A DNA stretch of 64,000 bases from Chiloscyllium plagiosum (Eukaryota). Made by a program: the position numbers and the translations under genes. Below the pieces are notes generated by a model, which saw only the letters and a program-made list of their open reading frames with translations, was not told the DNA's origin and searched no databases. Location: assembly GCF_004010195.1 (NCBI RefSeq), contig NC_057749.1:20087663-20151662 (forward strand), in the 5' to 3' direction. Shown here piece by piece: positions 36,380 to 49,400 of the stretch (position 1 is its first letter; the number at the start of each line of letters is the position of its first letter).

Positions 36380-37707
36380 ATGGATCCAGCTGCTCTCACA
36401 GCAGCCACCAGCACTCTCGGCCTGACCTGCCTGACCATCACACTGTGGCTTGCTGGTAAACGGAGACAAGGGACAGGGCATTTCATAACCCGCTTTGACT
36501 TGTGGTCCAACAACTTTCTGAGAATGGCCCGTGGGTATGCCCAGAGATTTAATCAGACCCGCTGCTGGGTCTGCACTAGGGTCCCTTTAGGGGGCATTCC
36601 TTTAGGCTCAATCCCCTTAAACATCTCTGACATGGAGGAGTGGTGGCTCAACCCAGACAGATCCCCTGAAGTTACTACACTGGCCATGCCCAACTACGGG
36701 GACAACAGCCCAGCCCACTGGAGGTCGGCGGGTTACCACCTGGACTAATTTAAAGGGTGGTTTTACCCGGCCTACAACCTCTCCCCAGCCCTGACCATTG
36801 CTGACACAGACGGCCCATCTGTTTAAAAGGCACACAACCATCCAGTTGGGAGGCTGGCTGGAGCCGATGCACTGACTCCCTGCTCCTGACTCCTGCAGCA
36901 CGCTGATCCACTGCAGAAGGCAGCATTTTAAACCTACAGGTCCTCAACAGGACCAGCCAGAACCCCACCTTCCTCACTGTCTGGACAGGGACCCAGACCT
37001 GGCATCTGCGGACCTACAGCGGCACCTATTTTATCTGTGGCTGCAAAGCCTACCCCTGGTTGCTGGTATCCTGGACTGGGAGCTGTTATGTTGGGTACGC
37101 CGTATCATTCCTGTATCACTCCCAGTCCCCTCCCTTCCCAAAGCCCATGACCCACAGTAGACGAGCCCTCGCTACCATTGAAGCAGCTCTCTACCTGATG
37201 TCACCCCACTCTACAACCCTACGGTTACAGGTAGAAGCCTATCACCTCACCGCCACACTAGAAGAGGTGGCAAGCTCCACAGCAGACGCACTCACCCAGC
37301 TGAATGCGGAGGCGGTTGCCATCTGTTCTGTGGCTCTGCAGAACAGGATGGCCCTGGACTACCTGCTCGCTGCGAAAGGGGGCACATGTGCCCTCGTTGG
37401 TGCTGACTGCTGCACTTGCATTCCTGACCCCAGTGAGAACATCACAGACCTGGCCCAACATATCCAGCAGGCAGCTTCTGTCCTGCATGGTCAGAGCTCC
37501 CACTGGGACTTATGGGAATGGGCATCCCCCTGGTTGGGGTAATGGGGCACAGCCCTACTACAGGGTCTGATAGCCTTCATCACAATCATTGCTGGGCTTG
37601 TAGTGTTGGCCATGGCCATTCGACGCCTCTGTGCAATCCTGCTACCCTCTGTTCCCCCTCACCACTCAGCTAGCACAGATCCACTGGGAGAGCATCCCTG
37701 CCCCTGA
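36380..37707 (+). pseudogene. env: Gamma-type retroviral envelope, disrupted
   Basis: Hydrophobic leader, SU CWVC, GTYFICG..AY...W.G.C, degenerate furin site HSRR, ISD LQNRMALDYLLAAKGGTC (37336), CX6CC and a TM helix. Stops at 36746 and 37540 plus frameshift(s). Confidence 0.92.
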
Positions 37708-37840
37708 GATAGCCTCTCCTGGGCCAAACTCGGACACCGAGAGCTACCTGTCACCGAGCCCCCCTCACCCAACAATCCCCTGGCTACATTGCCCCCTTCT
37801 CATTCCTCCCCTAAGCAAAACCAAACAAAAACGGGGGAAT

Positions 37841-38541
37841 TGTGGGAAAAGATCTGCCACCCTATCAACCCAGAATAGGCCCACAAAAGCAAGCTTGGCC
37901 AAACGGTACCAAAAACACCCAGAATGCCTCAGCAGGGACCAAGCAGGCTGACAAGCGAAACTGGACAGCACTCGCAGACAAGGGAGTACACTTCAAGCTC
38001 CCACTATCAATATCAGAGCACCACAGCTATCCCAAAGCTCCGAGGGCAGTTTCACAACCCAGCAATACCAAAGACCCACAAACAGCAGGTCAGACAGAGA
38101 GGCACCAACAAGAGCATTGATCCCCGGACAGGACAATGGAAGCACCTCACCACTTTAGCGGAGACATTAGCACCTACTGTGAAGAGGAATGAAAGCTCCG
38201 AACCCATGGATACTGTCAGGATGTTGCTCTGTGTAGAGAAATTAGGACATTCCTCCGATAACTGTTTTCCGATTAGTATCGCTGTAACTAGATTACTCCA
38301 TTTCCAGATACAATGTACCTGGAATGTATTTTCCCCATTTCTAATTAGCCTCATTGTACAGGATTATTATAAAAACTGTCTTCATCCTCAGCTTGAGGAA
38401 GAGAAATTCTGATCTACCTGCACAGATTGTGTCAGCATAGTCAATTTCTCTTCCAGCCATATCGCTTGTAATAAACAGCATATCAATTTCACCCGATCTG
38501 GTTTGTGTGGTCTCTACTTTATTGGGTAAGTTTCTCCGACA
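37841..38541 (+). repeat. 3' LTR (701 bp)
   Basis: TG...CA termini, AATAAA at 38470-38475, follows the PPT. Confidence 0.95.
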
Positions 38542-40538
38542 ATACTCCCTGGATAGACATTATCAGTCAGTATCAGGCACTCCACTGGGAGTGCCTGATA
38601 CTGACTGATATAATAAGAGCACTCAGACAAATACCTTTTTCTTACCACTCAGAGATATCTTTACCCTACTCAGGTAAATGAGTCTATGCTGTTTTGATCC
38701 ACATCTTAAAGGTGGACTCAATATTTATTGTTCAAGGTGAGAAATGAGTGAAAATTAGATTTTTTATCCAATGTTAACAAGGACACCTTTTGGAAGTGTT
38801 GTTGGGTGATTGGGGGTATTAGTGACACCCTTGGGATAGTTGGGGACTGCATCACTGTGGAATCATGAGAACCTGAAATACTGAGAAAGATAGACTCCTG
38901 GGATAGATCTGATTCTACAACTCCCCCCTCCTGCTGTTTGCAGGTCCTTTTTGGGAGCTCAGGGTTGAAGATTAGATTCCCTGCAGTGCAGAAACAGGCC
39001 CTTCGGCCCAACAGGACCACACCGACCCTCCTAAGAGTAACTCATCCAGACCCATTCCCATACCCCTGACTAATGCACCTAACTCTATGGACAATTTAGT
39101 ACAGCCAACCCACCTAACCTGTATATCTTTGGATTGTGGGAGTAAACCAGAGCACCCGGAGGAAACCCACGCAGACACGGGGAGAATGTGCAAACTCCAC
39201 ACAGTCAGTCGCCCGAGGCTGAAATTGAACCTGGGAACCAGGTGCTGTGAGGCAGCAGTGCTAACCACTGAGCCACCAAACATGAAGGATCATGTAGTTC
39301 TTGAATAAATTAAGGCAAATAGTTTGGATGAACATTTTTTAGTCCTTAGTCTGCATGGTATGTGTTAACCTGTTCGAGTGCCTGACAAGATCCTTCTTCT
39401 GAGGTAACTTTGGTGGCACAACCACATCTAAAATAAACACAAAGAACTCCAGACGCTAAGGGTATGAAGCAAAACATGGAAAGTGCTGGAGAAACTCAGC
39501 AGCTGTGACAGCATCTTTGGAGCAATGAGTCACTGAACTTGAGACGTTAATTCTGTTTTCTTCCTTGGATGCTGCCACCTGCTGAATTTCTTCGGTAACT
39601 CATGTGTTCGTTCCATCTGCACGTCCTGACTTGGAGAGTGTAAGTCTGCTCCTTATCAGATAGTAACACAGAGACAGATCCTGAAAGGCAGCAGGACAGG
39701 TAGATGAGGTAGTTAAGAGGAATACGGGATACTTTCACAAGGCTCTGTTACGAATGAGGTTATGAATGGAGCTGGATATAATGTTTAGTTCGGCCACAGC
39801 TGGAGTACTATGTGCAGTTCTGGTCGCCACACTATAGGAAGGATATGATTGTAGTAGAGAGGGTGCAGAGGAGATTCACCAGGATGTTGCCCAGGTTATG
39901 ATAGACTGGGGTTGTTTTCCTTACAGTTGGGAGGGGTGGGGGTTTGTTACCTGAATGAGGTGTGCAAAGATCTGAGGGACATAGGTTGGATGGTTGGGAA
40001 GAAACTTTTCTGCTACTAGAGGGGTCAATACTAGGTGAGGCGATGCAGTTTAAAGGTGAGGAGCAGGAGATTTAGAGGGGACTTGAGAACATTATTTTTT
40101 TACCTGATATTTGAAACTCAGTGCCTGAAAGGCTGGTAAAATTGAGACATTTGAGAACTATTTAGATGAGCACTTAAAATGCCACACTTACAAGGCTAAA
40201 GGCCAAGAGCTGGAAAGTGGGATTAGAATAGATGAATGAATGTTTGATGTCCACTGGGCCACATCTCTTCCCTTGCTGTAAAAACTCTATGACTCTCTCC
40301 ATGACTCTAAGCTTGAAGAGACCTAGAGGTTTTCTGCATGATTCTGTCTGAATCAGTTGGGGAACCAAAGTCATATCCAGGGTTATATTCGTTGTGAGAA
40401 TCACTACAGTGAAGGGGGGAGAAATGGATTGATGTGTTGTGTAAAATATGGAATAAACTAGTGACAGCTTACAGAAACCAGTATCTTTACCCATCAACAA
40501 TGACAAAACATGTGTGATACAAAGACCATCGTTTCCAA

Positions 40539-41297
40539 AGTTAAAATTCACACAACACCAGGTTAGAGTCCAACAGGTTTAATTGGAAGCACTAGCTTTC
40601 GGAGCACTGCTCCTTCGTCAGGTGGTTGTGGAGTACACGATTGTAAGGCACAAATTTATAGCAAAGCTTTACAGTGTGATGTAACTGAAATTATACATTG
40701 AAAAATTATGCGTTGTACTTTGCTCAAAAACTGCATGACTCACACACATACAGGCACTCACACATGCACCCTTTCACAGACTTATACCCTTTAAACACAC
40801 ACACACACACAAATAAGCTTGTGGGGTGAATTTGTACTTGCAGAGTTACATTGTACTTTGCTCAAAAACTGCATGAATCCATGTAAGACTCTGTTAATTC
40901 GTTTTTTAGATTGGAATCACTCTAAACATTATGGCACAGACAACAGAACACAAGGGGGCTAACACCTTCAATACATTATCTGAGCTGACATGAATTGTTA
41001 AAGTTCACTTGAGAATGTAACTTTTAAAAAAATGTTGTGATTTACATATGAAAGAAGTTGTCATTCTAACATTTGAGAAACTTAACAAACAATCAAGGTA
41101 TTTTTCAATGTATAATTTCAGTTACATCACACTGTAAACTTTTGCTATAAATTTGTGCCTTACAATCGTGTACTCCACAACTATCTGATAAGGAGCAGCG
41201 CTCCAAAAGCTCGTGCTTCCAATTAAACCTGTTGGACTATAACCTGTGTTGTGTGATTTTTAACTTTGTCCACCCCAGTCCAACACCGGCTCCTCCA
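40539..41297. mobile_element. PLE-type element with ~165-bp inverted arms, each bearing a hammerhead motif
   Basis: 40539-40705 is the reverse complement of ~41100-41266; a related end is at ~43240-43385. Confidence 0.75.
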
Positions 41298-44200
41298 AAT
41301 CATTATTTCCAAGATGGGGTAGCAACCATCCAATTCTCTTTTGACTACCTTGATTGATTCTGCCTCCACCACACTCTCAGGAAATGCATTCGAGTCTCTC
41401 ACCATTCACTGTGGGATCAAATTCTTCCTCAGGCCTCTGTTGTTTCTTCTGCCAATTCTCTTCAATCCGTGTTCTCCCGCTCCCTATCCTTCCATCCGTT
41501 AGAGGAGCAGTTTGTCTCTCTCTGCTCTGACCAGACGCCTCAATCAAATCTTAACTTATCCAACGAAAAACAGCCCCAATCTGTATCTGTAACTGGAAAC
41601 AGTTACTGTTATTACTGGGACTATTTTTATGAACCTTTTATGCATTATATGACCATGAGACAGAGGAGCATGAAGTAGGCCATTCAGACCATCAAATCTT
41701 CTCTGCCGTTGAATCATGGATTGAGTTGCTCAAGTCTCTCTAATGCTCAATCCTCCATCTCTAATGCCTCGACATTTTTCTAGAACTGGATGTAATACTC
41801 TAGTTGAGGGTGAACTAGTGTTGCATTTGGATTGTTACTTTCCTTATTCTGCCTGTTATAAATCTCACTTTTAGTCACTCAGGTACTGCAATCACATAAT
41901 AGAAAAGAAATTGCATTTTGTTCCTTTTACAAACTCAGTTTTATGGCCCTGAAGTGCCTACAAAGTGCAGTCAATGTTGCAAAGTAGGAAACTTGGCAGC
42001 CAATTTACACACAGTAAGCTCCCAAAAATCACTAAATTCTGTTTTTTTTACATCAGTAACGGTGCTTAAGGGAGAAGTTAGGTCAGGACACCTGAAGAAC
42101 GCCCCCTGTTCTTCTGAAGAGCAGTGCCATGGAATCTTGTACATTCAAGAGGCTGTAGACTGAACATCCCATTGACGAAAAGGACACTTCCAGCAGTGAG
42201 GAACAGCATCAGAGTCAACTTGAAATTTTCTTTTGCATCAGAGTTTCTGAAAGGGAATCCACAACCGCAAGATTCACTTTGAGGAAGGGATTGGTAGTTA
42301 GCAGTGAACATGCTACAGGCCTCCTGTGATATATGGTATATCCCTGTTTCATCTTGAGATGCAAGTAATTCACGAGCTCGTGAAATCGCTTCACTTTTGT
42401 CACACTCATTGGTGATTTGTTGGCTAGGAGCAGGCTGCCAGACAGCAAAGTACAAAAGTTGAATGCGGAGTTGGCATCATGATTACGTGTGGAAACAGGC
42501 CCTTCGGCCCAACAAGTCCACACTAATCCTTCACATTTACAACTTTAACAGCAGCACCCTCCTGCAGACGGGAAAAGTTATTTCACTGACATGAGGCTGC
42601 AAGAGACAGAAAAGGACAAATATAATCCCCAGGATGTGGTAACTCACATTGGAGTCAACAGTAACATGCTGCAAAGAACATCAGAGGGATTCTTGGTGAT
42701 ACTTGTGACTCCACTGAAGTGAACGCTATGTGATTTAGTTGGTGTTAACCATCTCCTAGTGAGCTGCACTGGATTGTGGAATCAGTGATCTAATGTTATT
42801 TACATATTATTGAACCAAAACCTGCAACCCAATCTAAAAGATGAAAGACTGAACAGCAATCTGGGTTTGTTCAATATATCATTTCAGTTGCATGACACTG
42901 TCATCTTTTGCTCTAAATTCTGTGTCTTTTTTTAATAGAATCCCTACAGCGTGGAAACAGGCCCTTCAGCCCAACAAGTCCACACTGCCCCTCTGAAGAG
43001 TAACCCACCCGGATCCATTCCCCCTACCCTATATTTATCCCTGACTAATGCACCTAGCCAACATATCCCTGAACACTATGGCCAATTTAGCATGGCAAAT
43101 TAACTTAACCTGCACATCTTTGGACTGTGGAAGGAAGAACATACAAACTCCACACAGACAGTTGCCCAGGGCTGGAATTAAACCAGGTCCTTGGCGCTGT
43201 GAGGCAGCAGCGCTAACCACTGAGCCACCACGCCACCAATTTATGGTCTTATGGTCCTGTTCCACAGCTACCTGATGAAGGTGCAACGCTCTGAAAGCTA
43301 GTGCTTCCAAATAAACTGTTGGACTATAACCTGGTGTTGTGTGATTGTTGACTTTGTCCACCCCAGTCCAACACCGGCTCCTCCACATAACTCTATTGCA
43401 GGAGTTCAGTTGTTTTGGTGGCGTACTCTGTGAAGGTGGCACATCAGAGTAATGTTCTGAAATTCCACTCGATGGCGCCAGAGCTCCACATTGATTATAA
43501 TAATCATTATAAAAAGGTAATAAAGATTCTCTCAATGCACAACTACACAATCCATACATAAATGTTTGAGGCCAGCAGGACATGTTGAGATGCCATTTAA
43601 AAAAGGATGCAGGATTTTGAATTTTACAAACTGAGGCATTGTGTACCAAAGCAAGAAAGTGATGCTGAAGCAACTTTGCAGGTTTGCATCCAGTTTGAGA
43701 ACACTGCAGTTCAGGAAGAATGTCAGAACGTGGGAGAAGGTACAGGAGAGATTTGCCAGAATACAATAAGTAATATTTTTTAAATGAATCTAATGCGATG
43801 TGGACATCACTGGCTAGGTCAGCATTTATTGCCCATCCCTAGTTGCCCTTGACAAGATGTTGGTGAGCTGCCTTCTTGAACTGCTACAGTCCATGTTCTG
43901 TGGATTGACCCACAATGCCATTAGGGAGGGATTTCCAGGATTTTGACCCAGCGACAATGAAGGAACTGTGATATGGTTCAAGTCTGCCACAGCTCTCCCA
44001 TTTTGACACAAGCGTCCAGATGTTGGTAAGGAGGACTTTGAGAATGGACAGGACTGTTAGATGGCAGCATTTTCAGTGCCTTGCCCTATCCCGAGTGATC
44101 CACCCGGGTTTCATTCCTTTTGTCAGACCTTGCAGTGGTTTGATAGAATTGGATGGCTTGCTGGGCCTGATGGTGTTGCTATGGGTCTGGAGTCACATAT

Positions 44201-44476
44201 AGGCAAAATTGAGTAAAGACGGTAGATTTCCTTCCCTAAAGGACATTGGTGACCCAAATGAGTTTTTATGACAATTGACAACGGTCACCATTAGTCTAGC
44301 TTTTTTTGTCCAAATTCCAGACTTCCTTTTTAATTGATTGAAGTCAAATTTCACCATCTGCCGAGGTGGGATTCAAACTCAGGTCTCCAGGAGTGGGGTC
44401 TCTGGATGAATTCAATAGATGTGGAGAGACTGGAGAAACTGCTACCATTCTGTTTAGAGCAGAGATAGTTAAGAAG

Positions 44477-44635
44477 AGGGTAAAAACAATGACTGCAGAT
44501 GCTGGAAACCAGATTCTGGATCAGTGGTGCTGGAAGAGCACAGCAATTCAGGCAGCATCCGAGGAGCAGTAAAATAGACGTTTCGGGCAAAAGCCCTTCA
44601 TCAGGAACAAAGGCAGAGAGCCTGAAGCGTGGAGA
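44477..44635 (-). mobile_element. PLE 3' end with intact hammerhead core
   Basis: Reverse complement of ~30610-30765; TSD GTTAAGAAG at 44468-44476 and 44636-44644. Confidence 0.8.
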
Positions 44636-45644
44636 GTTAAGAAGTGATCTGCTGTTGTCATGAGGGAGTTGTGGTGAGGTAAATTAGCAACAACTGTTAT
44701 CAGTAACCAGACTGAGATGAACAGTAATTGGCTGAGTAAGCCAAGAGGTGGTGAGGATTTGACTCTTTCCCCTAACGGCTTGTTATGATCCAGAGGATGC
44801 TGTCTGGAGAGGGTACAAAGCAAAACTGATTCAACACGATTGGAAGGGAATTGATCCATTGACAGAATTACCTCACTCCACAATCCAAAAGCTGTCCTCG
44901 ACTTTGAATGGGAACACAGACATGCACCTAGACTGAAGGAGTTTATCGATAAATATTTTACACTTGACTTCATTTCCACACTTTGGCTTCTATCTCAGAC
45001 TGAACTTCACCCAGTGAGATAGGCACAAACAGGAACCACTTGATCACAAAACAGCTCAGCCATTCGAATCGCCTTCAGCATCTCTCAATTTTGATAAGGA
45101 TCTGAACCAGGTACAAAGTGCACTAAACATTCAGCCATGAAGTGTAGCCTTACTAATTCACCTTTGGGACTCCACCTAACACACTCTTAGAGAAAAGAGT
45201 CTCTCTGCAGATGCTGCCTAACCTGCTGCATTTCTCCAGCTTTTTCTCTGGTCCTTATTCCAAATGCTGCCCTGTGTTGTTTTCCAAGGCACTGGAATGG
45301 GTTCTCCACATCAATTAGAAACTGAATCCCTACAATTCAGAATGTTCTATCAATCTCCTCTTGATCCTCCCTGGTTTGAGGACTCAAGAATCCTGAGCAC
45401 TGCCACTATTTTTGCAAATCTCTTTTGTCCCTCTCCAAGGCCTTTGCAGGAAAAGCGGCAAAATCCTACAAACAGGTTGTGGACAATGGGAGAACAGTCG
45501 GATAGCCCTCCGCACTTATCCACAACACAATCTGTTTTAGGAAGCAGATTCTAACTGCTGCAACTCTCAAGAAAAGACACAAGATCCATTTCATACCAGT
45601 TTAAATTTATATTTAATACAAATAAACTTTTCTCAACACCTTTG

Positions 45645-46410
45645 AGGTTCTGCATTTTGGGAAAGCAAATCTTAGCAGGACTTATACACTTAATGGTAAG
45701 GTCCGAGGGAGTGTTGCTGGAGTGCAGGTTCATACCTCCTTGAAAGTGGAGTCGCAGGTAGATTGGATAGTGAAGGTGGCGTTTGGTATGCTTTCCTTTA
45801 TTGGTCAGAGTATTGAGTACAGGAGTTGGGAGGTCACGTTGCGGCTGTACAGGACATTGGTTAGGCCACTGTTGGAATATTGTGTGCAATTCTAGTCTCT
45901 TTCTTATCGGAAATATTTTATGAAACATGAAAGTGTTCAGAAAAGATTTACAAGGATGTTGCTAGGGTTGGAGGATTTGAGCTACAGGGAGAGGTTGAAT
46001 AGACTGGGGCTGTTTTCCCTGGAGCATCGGAGGCTGAGGGGTGACCTTATAGAGGTTTTTAAAATCATGAGGGGCATGGATAGGGTAAATAGACAAAGTA
46101 TTTTCCCTAGGGTAGGGGAGTCCAGAACTAGAGGGCAGAGGTTTAGGGTGAGAGGGGAAACTTATAAAAAAAAACCTAAGGGGCAGCTTTTTCATGCTGA
46201 GGGTGGTATTTGTATGGAATGAGCTACCAGGGGATGTGGTACAATTGCAACATTTAAAAGCATCTGGATGGGTATATGAATAGGAAGGGTTTGGAGGGAT
46301 ATGGGTCAGGTGCTGAGAGGTGGGACTAGATTGGGTTGGGATAACTGGTTGGCATGGACAAATTGGACCGAAGGGTCTGTTTCTGTGCTGTACATCTCTA
46401 TGACTCCATG
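45645..46410 (+). mobile_element. CR1 3' fragment; other CR1-type 3' fragments at ~16132-16580(-), 39690-40310, 53581-54122, 62290-63235 (nested)
   Basis: VQKRFTRML..RRLRGDLIEVFKIMRG..TRG motif and tail. Confidence 0.85.
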
Positions 46411-49400
46411 ACCTGACATGTAACCACACTAGCCACTTTTTCATTCACACAAGATGAACACATACAAGGAAAGGTGGTGGCTAAAGAGGTAGCATGCACT
46501 TAGAGTTTTTAAATATGAGTCTAAAAATTCACTGGTTAATGGAGATAGAAGCTGGAAAAGCTGAAGTCTGAGGATTTATGTTTCATTCACTGATGGAAAT
46601 GGAGGTCAGAAGTTGCTGGTGTAGATTTCATAGCAGCTCGCTCCTTGCAATAGCAGGTTTCTGGTTTTGCTCCAACTGAAGATGGAGTCAAACCCTTGTC
46701 AGAAAGATATTCTTGGTTCTGTTAGTGTGCAGGGGAAATATTAGCCCTACTTCCTGTGCCATCAGAATGCTGGTAGGGTACTTTCCTTCACTAGGCAGCA
46801 TCTCTTCCTCCTATGTCACCCAGACACAAAGCAAGTAGAATGTTAACAAGGTGGTTTCTGTCAGTATCTGCATTCTCATTGTTCACATAAATAGTCCCTA
46901 GTGGTATTAACGTTTGACACACAGTCATGTTTAGTCTTGGCCTATGATTATAAATTGATACTATTCGACTGCTTCCAGAACTTATCATTACCCCAGTTTG
47001 ATTGACCAATCCACATTTTTGTAAAGAGATCAGGAACTTTAATGCAGGACTATAAATATACATCTTTTTACAAGGGATTACATACTTGAAAAGCTGTTGT
47101 TTTTATAATGGATTAAGTACTTGAAGGCAATTCATATTGAATGGGTCTAGAGCTATGTAATAATGTCTCTGAACAAATATAAGTATTGCTTGGGTTTTAT
47201 CTATTAGAGAATTGTATTAATATATGAAGTCTGTAACAGATACTTAGAACTTTATTGCATTTAATTTCAATATGGCTGTCATGTAAATAGTAGGTGAGTT
47301 GGCTTGGAACATAAAGGGCAAAAGGCAGTGGAGGGGGGTTATATGAGTTGGCACTAAGTTGGCATGAAGAATATGAGGGGACAAGTGGGGGCTAGAGGGG
47401 CATAAGTTGTTGTGGAGGGTTTAAGGAACTGTGGGAGGTTGGGCAACAGGAATGAGTTGACACGGGATGAGGGTGGGAGATGAGAGTTGAGAGTTAGATG
47501 GCCTCACTGTTTTTATTACAATCTGGACAAAGTTTCAGAGCACAGTCTGTCTGGGAACTGGCTGCCTCTGTGTAGGGCGACAGTAATCCATTCCAGTTAG
47601 CATCCCACCCCTCCACTCAGGCAGAGTGAGAAATATTCCCAATATTGTGCAAGCCAGTTGTGAACAAACATTCTATCCCTTAGTCTATGTGTCCCTCGTG
47701 GTCTCCTTCTGTCTCATCTCAACATTGGCAGATGTAAAATCCACAGGAGAAAATTGTTGGATTTTCAATATGTTTCAGAAAGGTTGTTTCTATTTTAATG
47801 TTTGATCCAGGTCTAGAGGCTACGTCCAGCCTTGGGTCGTTTCATGTGTAGTTACAAACAAAGAAGGAGGTCACCTGACCCCATAGACTCCATCTTGTTT
47901 GGAGGTAAGTTGTTCATTGTCCATTTGGTTTTACAGTAGTGTTTGTTTTTTTAAATAAATTTGCACTCAAGTGGACAGGTAATTATCCAATTTCTGTTGT
48001 CTGATTAAAAGGCCAATGCTTTGGTTAAAAGGTCCAGTTTATACCTGATAAAAGTCTGTTGTTTTTAAAATATTCTTTCTATTCCTTAAAGCAATGACTT
48101 CAGACCTCCAACTTGGCTCTTTTAACTCATGGTAAAAAAAGATCCTGGCTCTGCCTTTCCTGCTGACATACACATTTGCCTCATCCTCCCTCAGAGAGAC
48201 CCTACTGTGTGGGAATAGGCCATTCAGTCTATTGAAGCCATACCAACCGTCTCAAAAGCATCCCACCCAGACCCATTTCCCTACGCTATAGCCTTGTATT
48301 TACCATGGCTAACCCATCTAACCTGCACATCTTCGGACTGTGGGAGGAAACCCACGCATCACAGGGAGAACATACAAACTCCAGGAAGACACTCGCCTGA
48401 GGGCGGAATTAAACACCGATCCCTGGTGCTATGAGGCAACAGTGCTAACTGCTGAGCCACATGGCCTCCCCTGACACATACCAAAGATAAACTTTAGATT
48501 TGTGCAGTCATGTAAATTGGGTGAATCTCCCTACATCTCTTTGAAATAATACAACGGAGTATTTCATATTCACTCAATGTGGCAAAGTTAATATCTCATC
48601 CACCGATATGGGACCTCCACAGGACAGCTCACCTTTAGGGCTACACTGGAAGCATGTCTCTTGAGATTTTATGCACAAGTCTCTGGAGTGAGGCTTGAAC
48701 GCCTACCCTTCTCACTCAGAGAGAGCTACCTGCAAATTAACACACATAAATTAAATTTTAGTTTTATGATTTGTTGCCATGGGGAGGCATGTTGACCTAC
48801 CTTCTTGAACTGTTGCACTCTGTGTTGTGAAGGTTCACCCTGTTCTGATCCCAAACCATGGCAACCCTGGAACCTGGCTTGATAGACTCTACGTTAATTA
48901 TTTTCCAATTGTTTATTGTGGTGGTTAGTCACTGAAACATATTCTCATGAGGCTGTAAATATTCTTTAATATCTGTTTAGAACAATAGCAATAGAGATAG
49001 CAAAACAACATTTCAACTTTTGTCCCGGCAAGATGCATGACAGGTGCTCAATCCCAGAGAAATATCATTTCTGTAAGAACTCATTAGTTTATAACCTGAC
49101 TCTATCTATCTTTCCCTCTGAAACTGCTGAGAGAGCTTCTTACCTGTCCCCTTTTTTGGACTGCCAATCTAAATTTCTTTCCAGTTCTGACAACACAAAC
49201 ATGTCTTCACACATTCCCACATTTTGGAGATGAAACTCCGAAACACACAAACTAAAACCCTTCTGCTAAGGTGACTGTCCACCCTGAACTGAGCATGGAA
49301 TTCTCTTGCAAGGAGGAAGCTAGTTCCCATTCTGAATGGGACTCCTGACTCCTCTGAACTGAAGTCAAAAGCTAAGCTAACTGCCCCAGGTTGATTTTCT

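Larger units (their letters stand above)
33871..38541 (+). mobile_element. Endogenous retrovirus, non-autonomous, env-only
   Basis: Two LTRs, 5-bp TSD ATACT (33866-33870, 38542-38546), PBS, PPT AAAAACGGGGGAAT ending at 37840, integrase C-terminal remnant and env. Confidence 0.95.
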
